DNA of 64,000 nucleotides from Candidatus Gottesmanbacteria bacterium (GCA_043801155.1 JAZDMI010000011.1:27439-91438), one strand, 5' to 3'; positions 9,839 to 19,572 are shown, counted from the stretch's first letter. Notes: generated by a model from the sequence alone, not told the origin. Numbers and translations: made by a program.

Positions 9839-11182
9839 ATGGATTTCAAAGGCAAAAATGTATTAATTATGGGTCTGGGAATTCAGGGTGGTGGCGTTGG
9901 GGTAGCCCGCTTTTTTGCGCAGAAAGGTGCCAAGGTTACGGTTACTGATCTAAAATCCGAGGATGAACTATTACCTTCAATATCGTCTCTTGCAGATTTC
10001 CCAATTACCTATATTCTAGGTAAACATCGTGCCGATGATTTTAAGAATGCAGATTTAATAATTAGAAATCCCGATGTTTCTTTTGACTCCCCCTATTTAA
10101 AAATCGCTCGTGAAAATGAAATACCAGTTGAAATGGATGAAAGTTTATTCTTGAAACTTTGCCCAACCCGAGAAAATGTCATCGGGGTAACAGGGACAAG
10201 AGGGAAAACCACGGTCACACTTCTTATCGGCGCCATTTTGCAAAAAGCCGGTTATCATACCTTACTTGGTGGTAATCTGCGTGGAATCGCTACCCTTTCT
10301 TTATTAGACAAAATTTCCTCTGAGTCCAAAGTTGTTCTTGAGCTTTCGTCCTGGCAGCTACAGGGATTAGGCTGGAGTAAAATAAGTCCGCATATCGCCG
10401 TGATTACTAATATTTTCCCCGACCACTTAAATCGATATAAGACTATGGATGATTATATTAAAGATAAAAAAATAATTTTTGCATATCAAAATTATCATGA
10501 CTTTTTAATTTTAAATCAAGAAAATGGGATTACCAAAGAACTAGCACGATATACAAAATCAAAAACTGTATGGTTTAATAAAAAATTCATACCGCAAAAG
10601 CTTATAGATGTCTTTCGTTTAAAAGGCGATCATAATTTAGAAAACCTGGCCGCGGCATATCAAGTAGCTAAAATTTTAGAAATCGATGATATAAAAATTA
10701 TTGATGCCATTAGGAATTTTTCCGGTGTTAATTTTAGGCTTGAAGAAGTAGCTAATCTTGATGGCGTGACTTATGTTAATGATACAACCAGTACTATGCC
10801 CGAAGCGACAATTGCCGCCCTTAAAACTTATGAAAGTAAATCCATTATCCTGATTGCCGGTGGATCGAGTAAAAACCTGAAAGTAGAAGAATTAAGTAAA
10901 GAAATTATAAAAAGAGTCAAAGCTCTAGTTTTGCTTGATGGTACAGGTACGGATGAACTTGTATCTAGTATTAAGTACAAAGTATCAAGTATAAAAATAT
11001 TAGGTAAATTTAGTGATGTTAAACAGGCAATTTTAGCAGCCAAAGGTTATGCCAAAAAAGGAGATACAATACTTTTTTCACCTGGATTTACTTCTTTTGG
11101 CATGTTTAAAAACGAGTTTGATCGGGGAGAACAATTTAATGAGATTATTAAGCAAGTCATCAACAAGAATAAGACAATCTAG
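9839..11182 (+). CDS. murD: UDP-N-acetylmuramoylalanine--D-glutamate ligase
   Basis: 447 aa. Rossmann-like N-terminus (LIMGLGIQGGG) and P-loop VIGVTGTRGKTTVT. Confidence 0.9.
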   Translation: MDFKGKNVLIMGLGIQGGGVGVARFFAQKGAKVTVTDLKSEDELLPSISSLADFPITYILGKHRADDFKNADLIIRNPDVSFDSPYLKIARENEIPVEMDESLFLKLCPTRENVIGVTGTRGKTTVTLLIGAILQKAGYHTLLGGNLRGIATLSLLDKISSESKVVLELSSWQLQGLGWSKISPHIAVITNIFPDHLNRYKTMDDYIKDKKIIFAYQNYHDFLILNQENGITKELARYTKSKTVWFNKKFIPQKLIDVFRLKGDHNLENLAAAYQVAKILEIDDIKIIDAIRNFSGVNFRLEEVANLDGVTYVNDTTSTMPEATIAALKTYESKSIILIAGGSSKNLKVEELSKEIIKRVKALVLLDGTGTDELVSSIKYKVSSIKILGKFSDVKQAILAAKGYAKKGDTILFSPGFTSFGMFKNEFDRGEQFNEIIKQVINKNKTI

Positions 11183-11210
11183 TCTTATACTTCATCGACA
11201 AAATAAAGGA

Positions 11211-12281
11211 ATGGATATCCTTTTGTTAATAGCCACTGTCTTAATTTGTTTAATCGGACTTCTCTTTATATTCGAAGCATCAGGAGTTTCCGCTGCCCGG
11301 ACTTTTAATGACAAATATTACTTCTTAAAAGAGCAGAGTATGTGGTTTGGGCTAGGACTAATAACGATGATTGTGATTTCGCTATTTGATTACCATCATT
11401 ATTATAAGTTAGCACTGCCTATAATAATCGGTGTAATTTTTCTTCTGATCGCCGTCTTTATTCCCGGTTTAGGCGTAAAAGCTTTAGGGGCAAGGCGATG
11501 GATAAACTTAGGATTTTCGACAATCCAGCCATCAGAAGTGGCTAAGTTGGCCTTAGTTATATATTTAGCTGCTTGGTTCTCCTATAAAGAAAAAAGCCGG
11601 CTGATAGCTTTTATGATCTTGATGGGTATCATCGTTGGCTTAATTGTAATCCAGCCAGATTTAGGGACAGCTATTATTGTTTGTCTGATTGCCTTATGTA
11701 TTTATTTTATTTCCGGGGTTCCTTTTTGGCATTTTTTATTGCTGGTTCCATTGACCGGCGGAGCCGTCTTTTTCCTCTCAATAATTTCTCCTTATAGATT
11801 TAAAAGACTTATTACATTTTTAAATCCGAGTGTTGACCCGCTAGGAATGTCTTACCATATACGACAAGTTTTATTGGCTTTAGGTTCAGGAGGTTTGTGG
11901 GGATTAGGATTAGGCAAATCAAGACAAAAATTCGAATATTTGCCCGAAGCGATGACCGATTCCATCTTTGCTATTTTTGCTGAAGAGTTAGGATTTATCG
12001 GCTGTTTGGTCTTAATAATGATTTTCCTATTTATCCTCTGGCGGGCTGTCAAAATCGCCATTAAAGCGCCAGACCGCTTGGGTCACTTATTGGCCTTTGG
12101 TATTACCTCATGGATTGGTATTCAAACAATAATAAACTTGGGTGCGATGGTGGCACTTGTTCCCTTGACCGGAGTTCCTTTACCATTTATTTCCTACGGA
12201 GGCTCAAATTTAGTCATGACCCTCATAGGTATCGGAATACTATTAAATATAAGTCGACAAGGTGTGGTCAGAACCCGATAA
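11211..12281 (+). CDS. ftsW: SEDS-family peptidoglycan glycosyltransferase (FtsW-like)
   Basis: FtsW/RodA/SpoVE family (PDLGTA, GGSN..., about 10 TM). The start is moved from 11049 to the ATG at 11211, which has an upstream aaagga and does not overlap murD. Confidence 0.8.
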   Translation: MDILLLIATVLICLIGLLFIFEASGVSAARTFNDKYYFLKEQSMWFGLGLITMIVISLFDYHHYYKLALPIIIGVIFLLIAVFIPGLGVKALGARRWINLGFSTIQPSEVAKLALVIYLAAWFSYKEKSRLIAFMILMGIIVGLIVIQPDLGTAIIVCLIALCIYFISGVPFWHFLLLVPLTGGAVFFLSIISPYRFKRLITFLNPSVDPLGMSYHIRQVLLALGSGGLWGLGLGKSRQKFEYLPEAMTDSIFAIFAEELGFIGCLVLIMIFLFILWRAVKIAIKAPDRLGHLLAFGITSWIGIQTIINLGAMVALVPLTGVPLPFISYGGSNLVMTLIGIGILLNISRQGVVRTR

Positions 12282-12291
12282 ATAAATTTAT

Positions 12292-12320
12292 TTGACAAGA
12301 CAGCCTTATTTATATATTAT
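12292..12320 (+). promoter_or_regulatory. Sigma-70-like promoter (TTGACA-17 nt-TATTAT) for the 12354 gene
   Basis: TTGACA at 12292-12297, a 17-nt spacer, and TATTAT at 12315-12320. Confidence 0.5.
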
Positions 12321-12353
12321 CTGTTTCATCTTATTATTTCCTAGGTAATCATC

Positions 12354-12812
12354 ATGGACAACAAAGAACTTTTAGATCATATAAGTTTCTTGGAAAAAAA
12401 TGATGGATTAAGAATTCCACTAATGGATCGATTAGATTTGGGTAGAAAAGATTATACCCAAGGATGGGTAGTTGATGGAAAACTAAATCCGCAGTGGTGG
12501 AATCTTTTTCACACAACTGTAATTCCCCTTAAACCACGCGAAGGTCGCTTCTCATTACTTGATCGATTAGGAGCCAAAAGAAAACAAGAGCTGGAAAGGT
12601 TAAAAAGATCATATGGCGAGGGATTTAAATGTATTGTTTATGAAGAAGAGGGTTGGTTATTAACCTATATAAGACCAAGTAAACTACAACCAAAAGATCC
12701 GAATGAGCTTCTTAATGAGGCGTCAAAGGCCAATCAGCAGAGGAATCATGAGCTTTTTATGACATTCTGTACGGAATATCAGGTAGCTACAGGTTGTCTT
12801 GATCTTCGCTAA
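12354..12812 (+). CDS. Hypothetical protein (152 aa), inside the peptidoglycan/cell-division cluster between ftsW and murG
   Basis: Clean ORF with its own consensus promoter. No recognisable motif. Soluble, basic, Trp-rich (QWWNLFHTT). Confidence 0.5.
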   Translation: MDNKELLDHISFLEKNDGLRIPLMDRLDLGRKDYTQGWVVDGKLNPQWWNLFHTTVIPLKPREGRFSLLDRLGAKRKQELERLKRSYGEGFKCIVYEEEGWLLTYIRPSKLQPKDPNELLNEASKANQQRNHELFMTFCTEYQVATGCLDLR

Positions 12813-12847
12813 ACCGCCAAAAACCTCAATGATATATAATATACATA

Positions 12848-13963
12848 ATGGTTAAGAAAATCGTTATTACCGGCGGGCATTTAACTCCAGCCATTGCCAT
12901 GATTGAGAAATTAAAACAACAAGGTTGGGAAATAATTTTTGTCGGTCGTAAATACGCCCTTGAAGGAGAGAAGATTGTTTCAGTTGAATACCAGACTATT
13001 ACTAAGTTGGGGATTAATTTTCTGCCCATAGTGACCGGCCGTCTACAGAGAAGTCTTACCCGCTATACGGTTTTTTCATTAACTAAAGTCCCGATTGGTT
13101 TTTTTCAAAGCCTATATTGGTTAATTAAATATAAACCAAAAATTATCTTGTCTTTTGGAAGTTATGTTGCCTTACCAGTGGCTTTAGCCGGCTGGATACT
13201 TAATATTCCCATTATTACTCACGAGCAAAGTGTTGTTCCCGGAATGGCAACTAAAATAATCAGCAAATTAGCTAAAACTATTTGTGTTTCCTGGGTTGAA
13301 ACAATGTCTTATTTTCCAAAAGATAAAACGGTGCTAACAGGAAATCCTCTCAGGCGAGAGATCTTTCGTAAAATACAAATCTCTGATTCTCAATACCCAA
13401 TTTCTGACGATAATTTACCTTTAATTTATATTACTGGCGGTAGTTTAGGAGCGCAGACAATAAATGACGTAGTTATCCAGATTTTACCAAAGCTGTTAGA
13501 GAAATTTAGAATTATTCATCAATGTGGTAGTAAGGACTACGGAAAATTGCTTACTAACAGCAACCTATTACCAGCTACCCATAAAAATAGATATATATTA
13601 ACAAAATACGTCGAGTTTCTTGATATTGGTTGGGTTTTAAATAATGCTGATTTGGTAATTTCCCGTTCTGGAGCAAATACAGTTTCTGAGCTGGCAGCGC
13701 TGGGTAAACCAGCTCTTTTAATTCCGCTTCCATGGTCCGGGCAACAAGAACAAATGAAAAATGCCAAAATATTAGAACAAGCCGGTACAGCCAAAATCCT
13801 AGAACAAAAAAACCTAGATTCAGAAAGTCTTTCTCAATGTATTAATTCCATGATCCAAGATCTGCAAAAATACCAAGATAATTCTCACCAAGCCAAAGCA
13901 TTAATTAGTTTAAATGCGTCGGAAAAGATCAGTGATATTATTAATAAAACTTCAATACTATAA
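12848..13963 (+). CDS. murG: Undecaprenyl-PP-MurNAc-pentapeptide-UDP-GlcNAc GlcNAc transferase
   Basis: 371 aa. GT28 N-terminus KIVITGGHLTPAIAM and C-terminus SRSGANTVSELAALGKPALLIP. Confidence 0.9.
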   Translation: MVKKIVITGGHLTPAIAMIEKLKQQGWEIIFVGRKYALEGEKIVSVEYQTITKLGINFLPIVTGRLQRSLTRYTVFSLTKVPIGFFQSLYWLIKYKPKIILSFGSYVALPVALAGWILNIPIITHEQSVVPGMATKIISKLAKTICVSWVETMSYFPKDKTVLTGNPLRREIFRKIQISDSQYPISDDNLPLIYITGGSLGAQTINDVVIQILPKLLEKFRIIHQCGSKDYGKLLTNSNLLPATHKNRYILTKYVEFLDIGWVLNNADLVISRSGANTVSELAALGKPALLIPLPWSGQQEQMKNAKILEQAGTAKILEQKNLDSESLSQCINSMIQDLQKYQDNSHQAKALISLNASEKISDIINKTSIL

Positions 13964-13975
13964 CTATATTTAATA

Positions 13976-14713
13976 ATGGTTCTTATTACCAGCCATCAAA
14001 ATTTAATTAATCGTAAAAGGAAAAAAAGAATTATCAAGAGTTTTTTTCTTCTTCTGATACTATTTATCTTAGCCGGTATATTTTACCTGCTTAACCAAAA
14101 TCCGTTTGTAGTAAAGAAAATTAATATAACCACCAATTATGACGTCAATAATACACCAACAATTAGAATCTTAGAAAAGATAAAAAATCAGAATATTTTT
14201 ATTCTCGACGCCAATAATCTGGCCCAAAAAATAAGGTCAGCGGATATAAAAATTAAAAGTGTAGTTATTGAGAAGGAAATACCTGATAAACTGAATATTA
14301 ATATTGTCAAAAGAGATCCATTAGCAGCAATTTTTACAAATAATAAATATTTTATGGTCGATATTGATGGAATTATTATTGAAGAAAGTCAAAACAACAA
14401 TAATTTACCAATTCTTAATCTATCAGTCGGTTTGCAAAATCTTAAAGTTGGTAGTAGCATAGATAATAAGGATAAAATTGTTTTAGTAATTTTTGATACT
14501 TTAAAAAATAAAAAGAATATAAATAATATTACCATTACCAATAACGAAATAATTGTCTATTTGATTGAAGGGACTCAGATATTATTATCATCAACAGATA
14601 AAATAACGGATAAATTAACTTCTTTACAAACAATTCTTAGTCGTTTTACAATAGAAGGGAAGAGGGCGAAGAAAATAGATTTGCGGTTTGATAAACCAGT
14701 AGTAACATTCTAA
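13976..14713 (+). CDS. ftsQ: Cell division protein FtsQ/DivIB-like (TM plus POTRA)
   Basis: 245 aa. One N-terminal TM segment then a POTRA-like region (NIFILDANNLAQKI...IEKEIPDKLNINIVKRDPLA). Positioned between murG and ftsA. Confidence 0.65.
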   Translation: MVLITSHQNLINRKRKKRIIKSFFLLLILFILAGIFYLLNQNPFVVKKINITTNYDVNNTPTIRILEKIKNQNIFILDANNLAQKIRSADIKIKSVVIEKEIPDKLNINIVKRDPLAAIFTNNKYFMVDIDGIIIEESQNNNNLPILNLSVGLQNLKVGSSIDNKDKIVLVIFDTLKNKKNINNITITNNEIIVYLIEGTQILLSSTDKITDKLTSLQTILSRFTIEGKRAKKIDLRFDKPVVTF

Positions 14714-14723
14714 AAAAGTATTT

Positions 14724-16022
14724 ATGGCTAAAGATAAAATTTTAGTTGGCATTGATATTGGAACCAGTAAAATAGCTACGTTAATCGGTACGAGCCCAAT
14801 TATTGAAACTCCAGAAAAAGAAGTTAATGTTATCGGTATTTCCACCGTGCCCAGCCGGGGGATTAGAAAAGGCCAGGTTGTTGATATAGAGGAGGCAACA
14901 CAGGCAATTACTGAAAGCCTGGAAGCGGCCGAACGAATGGCCGGATACTCCGTTTCATCAGCATATATTTCCGTTGGCGGAAATCATATTGCTTCACAGA
15001 ATTCTCATGGCGTGGTAGCGGTGGCTGAACCGGAAAAAGAAATTAATATGTTAGATGTGGAGCGGGTAATCGATGCCGCCAAAGCAGTCTCCCTGCCTTC
15101 ATCAAGAGAAATTCTTCATATCTTGCCTCGAGGATACGTTGTTGATTCACAAGAAGGAATTAAAGATCCAATCGGGATGACCGGAGTAAGACTTGAAGTC
15201 GATACTCATCTTATTACCGGGGGATCGACGGCCCTGCGAAATTTGAGTAAATGTGTCCAAGAGGTCGGCGTTAATGTCGAAGGATTAGTTTTTAGCGGTC
15301 TAGCTGCTTCCTGGGCAGTTCTCTCGGAAACGGAAAAAGAATTAGGAACTGTATTGGTTGATATTGGCGGAGGAACGACCGATATTAGTATTTATGTTGA
15401 GGGATCGTTAGCACATTCATCAGTAATTCCGATCGGGGCAAAAAATATTACCAATGACCTAGCTATTGGTTTACGCGTTTCACTTGAATCGGCCGAGAAG
15501 ATAAAATTAATTGTTGGTGAAAAACCAAAACAAATAATAAATATTCAAGAAAAAGAACAAAAACAGGAAGATGAAATAGATCTTTCCAGTTTGGGACTAA
15601 CCGAGGATGTCCATAAAGTTTCCCGCAAGACATTGATTGAAGGAATTATTAAACCGCGTTTGAATGAAATCTTTACTATGGTGGGTCTGGAGATTAAAAA
15701 AAGTGGTTACGCCGGTTTAACACCAGGAGGGGTTGTGCTTTCGGGTGGCGGCGCATTAACTATCGGAGCTGTTGAAGCAGTGAAAAGGAATCTAGCCATG
15801 CCGGTAAGAATCGGTATCCCGATTCGGATAACCGGTTTGATTGAAGAAATTCTCAATCCATCTTTTGCTACCAGTATTGGTCTTCTTCACTATGGGGCGA
15901 TCCATTCAACCGGAAACGAAAAGAAATTTTCTTTTTCCGGACTTGGACACGTAATGGAAAAAATACCGGTCAAAGGTGTTGCCGGTAAATTTATTGACCT
16001 AATCAAATCCTTCCTACCCTGA
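14724..16022 (+). CDS. ftsA: Cell division protein FtsA
   Basis: 432 aa actin-fold protein (VGIDIGTSKIATLIG, VLVDIGGGTTDISIY, VLSGGGA). Confidence 0.9.
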   Translation: MAKDKILVGIDIGTSKIATLIGTSPIIETPEKEVNVIGISTVPSRGIRKGQVVDIEEATQAITESLEAAERMAGYSVSSAYISVGGNHIASQNSHGVVAVAEPEKEINMLDVERVIDAAKAVSLPSSREILHILPRGYVVDSQEGIKDPIGMTGVRLEVDTHLITGGSTALRNLSKCVQEVGVNVEGLVFSGLAASWAVLSETEKELGTVLVDIGGGTTDISIYVEGSLAHSSVIPIGAKNITNDLAIGLRVSLESAEKIKLIVGEKPKQIINIQEKEQKQEDEIDLSSLGLTEDVHKVSRKTLIEGIIKPRLNEIFTMVGLEIKKSGYAGLTPGGVVLSGGGALTIGAVEAVKRNLAMPVRIGIPIRITGLIEEILNPSFATSIGLLHYGAIHSTGNEKKFSFSGLGHVMEKIPVKGVAGKFIDLIKSFLP

Positions 16023-16036
16023 GCGAAACCAAAGAG

Positions 16037-16065
16037 TTGACAAATTCATTTATTTGATGTAATTT
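16037..16065 (+). promoter_or_regulatory. Candidate promoter for ftsZ (TTGACA-17 nt-TAATTT)
   Basis: TTGACA at 16037-16042, a 17-nt spacer, and TAATTT at 16060-16065. Confidence 0.35.
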
Positions 16066-16089
16066 GTTTCTGCTAAAAAAATACCTCTT

Positions 16090-17232
16090 ATGTTGATTAA
16101 ACCGGATATTGCTAGATTTGCCAGAATAAAAGTTATCGGTGTTGGTGGCGGTGGTTGTAATGCCATAAATTCCATGATTTCGGTTAATCAAATTCAGGGT
16201 GTTGATTTCATTGGTGTCAACTGCGATGCTCAAGCTTTACTTACATGTCAGGCTCCAACAAAAATTCAGATTGGTGATAACCTTACCCGCGGACTAGGTG
16301 CTGGCGGAAATCCGGAGATTGGTCGACAAGCGGCCGAAGAATCTAAAGAAAAAATTAAAGAAGTCCTTACTGACGCCGACATGATATTTTTAACCTGTGG
16401 AGAAGGCGGTGGAACAGGTACCGGCGCTTCACCGATTATTGCCGAAATTGGAAAAAGTCTTGGCAGTCTAACTGTTGCCGTTGTCACCAAGCCATTTATT
16501 TTTGAAGGGACAAGAAGAATGGTTGCCGCCGAAGAAGGAGTAGTTAATCTTAAAGATAAAGTTGATACCTTAATTATTATTCCTAATCAGCGGATTTTGG
16601 AAGTCGTTGATAAGAAAATGACTTTACTGGAAGCCTTTCATGTAGCTGATTCGGTTTTGGGTCAAGGAGTTCAGGGAATTTCCGATTTAATTACCATGCC
16701 GGGACTTATCAATGTTGATTTTGCTGATGTACGAGCGATTATGACCGACGCTGGCTCGGCCCTTATGGGTATTGGAACCGGAGTCGGAGAAAATCGGGCG
16801 GTCATGGCCGCCCGTACCGCGGTTGCCTCACCGCTTTTGGAAATTTCTATTGATGGAGCCAAGGGAGTTCTTTTCAATATTACCGGCGGTCCGGATTTAA
16901 CCATGACTGAAGTTGACGAGGCAGCTAAGCTGATTGCTTCTAGCGTTGATGCTGATGCTAATATTATTTTCGGCGCAACTATTGACGACCAAATGGTTGA
17001 TCAGGTAAAAATTGCTGTCATTGCTACCGGTTTTGATGAAACAAAGATGAAACTCAGAGAATTTGTCACGCCAGTTGCACCCCAATCACAACCAATTCAA
17101 CAGCAAGCACAACCGGTTAATAATAATGGTAATGATAAAAATAATCCACCACCGACTCAACCTACAAACAATGAAACTCCTCCGGAACAGGATGAATGGG
17201 ACATTCCAGCATTCTTAAGACAGGGAAGATAA
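16090..17232 (+). CDS. ftsZ: Cell division GTPase FtsZ
   Basis: 380 aa with the tubulin signature [13 protein letters not shown] and [13 protein letters not shown]-rich linker ends in the conserved C-terminal peptide [13 protein letters not shown]. Confidence 0.95.
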   Translation: MLIKPDIARFARIKVIGVGGGGCNAINSMISVNQIQGVDFIGVNCDAQALLTCQAPTKIQIGDNLTRGLGAGGNPEIGRQAAEESKEKIKEVLTDADMIFLTCGEGGGTGTGASPIIAEIGKSLGSLTVAVVTKPFIFEGTRRMVAAEEGVVNLKDKVDTLIIIPNQRILEVVDKKMTLLEAFHVADSVLGQGVQGISDLITMPGLINVDFADVRAIMTDAGSALMGIGTGVGENRAVMAARTAVASPLLEISIDGAKGVLFNITGGPDLTMTEVDEAAKLIASSVDADANIIFGATIDDQMVDQVKIAVIATGFDETKMKLREFVTPVAPQSQPIQQQAQPVNNNGNDKNNPPPTQPTNNETPPEQDEWDIPAFLRQGR

Positions 17233-17301
17233 AACGGATTTTATTTTTAACCTCAACATACCGTCATCATCAAAACAACCCCTTGGCATAAATTTTCATT
17301 A

Positions 17302-17769
17302 TTAGGGTTCACTGTTTCGTTGCTTCAATGCTTCATTAATCAAAAATACCTGATTTTTTCGAAGAAGTGGCAGATTGTCTTGGGTAAAGAAGCCGTACTC
17401 GGATACTTCGTGGGTTGGCGTGAAATCGCCACCAATCAAAACGCCGATGTAGCACATATCAAGGCGGGCGCTGTCACGATCGGTCCGGGTTTTGAGCGAT
17501 TCGTCCACGCTTACTACCAGACCCGACTCCTCTTTGATTTCTCTTTCAAGCGCTTCTCGCGGATGCTCACCGGATTTTAAATAGCCGCCTGGCAAACTCC
17601 AGGCGTGTGATCGATAAACATGTTTGAAAAGAAGAACTTCATTTTTGTCATTAAAAATAATCCCGGTAACGCCTACCAAAAATTGATCTTGGAAAAAACG
17701 CATGACTAATAATTGCAGACCTTTAGAAAGATGCAAGGCTTTGTAGATTTTAGAGAGAATGTTTTTCAC
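17302..17769 (-). CDS. NUDIX hydrolase
   Basis: 155 aa with the Nudix box GGYLKSGEHPREALEREIKEESGL. The gene body is about 50% GC against about 34% for its neighbours. Confidence 0.85.
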   Translation of the reverse strand: MKNILSKIYKALHLSKGLQLLVMRFFQDQFLVGVTGIIFNDKNEVLLFKHVYRSHAWSLPGGYLKSGEHPREALEREIKEESGLVVSVDESLKTRTDRDSARLDMCYIGVLIGGDFTPTHEVSEYGFFTQDNLPLLRKNQVFLINEALKQRNSEP

Positions 17770-18110
17770 AGGGCATTTTTGTCTTCAGACTCGACATGAG
17801 GATCATGCTTCAGCTTTTCATTTTCCAATTCTAACTGATGCACTCGTTTGGTCAGCTCCAGCACAACATCCTTATTTTTTTTGATTTCATTATTTTTACC
17901 CCGAAGTGAAAAATAAGTAGAAATCGACTTGATAAAGAAAACCAAATAGGATAACACAAGGCCAATTAATAATGAACCGACAATGACATAAAAAAGAGGA
18001 ATGTTTGAAAAAACATAAGGGCCAAGATTAACCGAAACCGGCATGAAATTATATTTTGATATATATACCAAGATTGACCCAACCACTAGAAGTAAGATTA
18101 AAACTAACAT
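17766..18110 (-). CDS. LapA/DUF1049-like small membrane protein
   Basis: 114 aa. Two TM helices followed by a charged coiled-coil tail. Overlaps the NUDIX gene by 4 nt, consistent with an operon. Confidence 0.45.
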   Translation of the reverse strand: MLVLILLLVVGSILVYISKYNFMPVSVNLGPYVFSNIPLFYVIVGSLLIGLVLSYLVFFIKSISTYFSLRGKNNEIKKNKDVVLELTKRVHQLELENEKLKHDPHVESEDKNAL

Positions 18111-18276
18111 CTAATACTTTATTATACGCTTTTTTTTTCTTTCTACCCAAAACAACTCCTTGGTCACGGGAGGAGATTGACTTCTTTTCTAACCTCTGAT
18201 AAATTCTTTCTTGAAGACTTATAAAGGAATACTTTTAATTGGGAGTTTTGGAAAAAGACTGAAGCTAAAAACTATA

Positions 18277-18318
18277 GACGAATGGGACATTCCCGCTTTC
18301 TTGCGTCAAGGTAGATAA
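18277..18318 (+). repeat. Orphan ftsZ 3'-tail copy 2 (encodes [13 protein letters not shown])
   Basis: Same 13 aa plus stop as the ftsZ end, with 8 synonymous substitutions (ccc/gct/ttg/cgt/caa/ggt versus cca/gca/tta/aga/cag/gga). The upstream frame is closed by a taa at 18190 and contains no ATG. Confidence 0.75.
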
Positions 18319-18386
18319 TCTATCTAAATTGACACCACTAATAATTTTCTAAAACTAATTCGAACATGATATAATTAATCTGAACG

Positions 18387-19472
18387 ATGATTAAGTATAT
18401 TTTAATTGTTGTGGTCGTAATAATTGGCCTATTTTTCCTGATACGCCCCAAAAACTTACGGAGACTTCTTGTTACACCTAGGCTCCGTGATAATATTACT
18501 GTTCCTATGAACAATTCAGAAAACCCGACCGCTCCATCTTCCGGTATAGCGCTTGGGGTTTACGAACCAGCTCCCGATGCCTTTAGTCACGGAACGGCCG
18601 TCGACCAGTATACTGAACAGGTAGGCAAGAAACCGGCCTTTGCCTGGTTTTCCGTTAAGTGGCAGAATAACATTACTGGAGCATATCAGGAATTTGATCC
18701 GGCAATTCTCGAACAATACCGAACGCGCGGGATTATGCCCGGAATAACTTGGGATGCTTCTAAAGGTATAGGCCTTAATAAAAACCAGCCTGATTTTTCC
18801 TGGAAAACAATTGCTTCTGGTAAACATGACGCTTATATTACTCGAGTAGCTAAAGGCGTGGCTGCTTATAAGTATCCTTGTGTCCTTCGGACACTTCATG
18901 AAATGGATGGCAACTGGTATCCCTGGGGCTTTCGTGCTAACGGTAATAATGATCCGAAAGATTACGCTATAGCATGGAGACGTATTGTTGACATATTTAG
19001 AAAAGAAGGAGCTACTAATGTTCAATTTGTCTGGGTAATTACAGCAGGAATACTTAATAATAACATATTTAATAAATATGGTGATATCTTATTGCAAACA
19101 TATCCGGGTGATGATTACGTTGACTGGGTAGGGTTGGATGGTTACAGTAATCTTGCCTCAGATGGACGCTCACTTAAGACTATATTTCAACCAAGCTACC
19201 AGTTTTTATTAAATCATACCAACCGGCCAATTATGTTTTTTGAAGTCGGCGCAACTGAAAATCCAGCAGATCCAATGGCTAAAGCCAACTGGATTAAAGA
19301 GAGTTTTTTAATTACCATCCCTCAAGAGTTTCCCGAAGTTAAAGTAGTTAACTGGTTTAACTCTGAAAACGACAAGCATGACAAGGATTACGCAATGGAT
19401 ACTTCGCAAAATTCTTTGAATGCTTGGAAACAGGTTGTAGCAAGCCCTTTATATCAGGCAACCTTTCCTTAA
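18387..19472 (+). CDS. Membrane-anchored glycoside hydrolase, GH26-like (beta-mannanase family)
   Basis: 361 aa with an N-terminal TM anchor. LHEMDGNWYPWGF matches the GH26 (H/R)EMN-x-x-WYPW catalytic-acid region. Stretches reach about 60% GC. Confidence 0.65.
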   Translation: MIKYILIVVVVIIGLFFLIRPKNLRRLLVTPRLRDNITVPMNNSENPTAPSSGIALGVYEPAPDAFSHGTAVDQYTEQVGKKPAFAWFSVKWQNNITGAYQEFDPAILEQYRTRGIMPGITWDASKGIGLNKNQPDFSWKTIASGKHDAYITRVAKGVAAYKYPCVLRTLHEMDGNWYPWGFRANGNNDPKDYAIAWRRIVDIFRKEGATNVQFVWVITAGILNNNIFNKYGDILLQTYPGDDYVDWVGLDGYSNLASDGRSLKTIFQPSYQFLLNHTNRPIMFFEVGATENPADPMAKANWIKESFLITIPQEFPEVKVVNWFNSENDKHDKDYAMDTSQNSLNAWKQVVASPLYQATFP

Positions 19473-19506
19473 ACTTAAAAACGAATACTTTTGTTTGGCT
19501 GTTTTA

Positions 19507-19539
19507 GGAATCCCCGCATTTCTTCGCCAAGGAAGATAA
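19507..19539 (+). repeat. Orphan ftsZ 3'-tail copy 3 (encodes [10 protein letters not shown])
   Basis: atc ccc gca ttt ctt cgc caa gga aga taa uses codons different from both other copies. The frame opens after a tag at 19438 and has no ATG. Confidence 0.7.
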
Positions 19540-19572
19540 TAACAATATTATTGTTTATGGTAAAATAATTTT

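Noticed and set aside
11049-11210. Upstream extension of the ftsW ORF overlapping the murD 3' end
   Set aside because: The extension encodes non-conserved sequence. The in-frame ATG at 11211, which has an upstream aaagga, gives the canonical SEDS N-terminus.
17233-19539. Intact integrative element (integrase plus att sites) at the ftsZ end
   Set aside because: No recombinase-like ORF is present in or near the modules. Only the duplicated gene tails and the compositional shift support past insertion.
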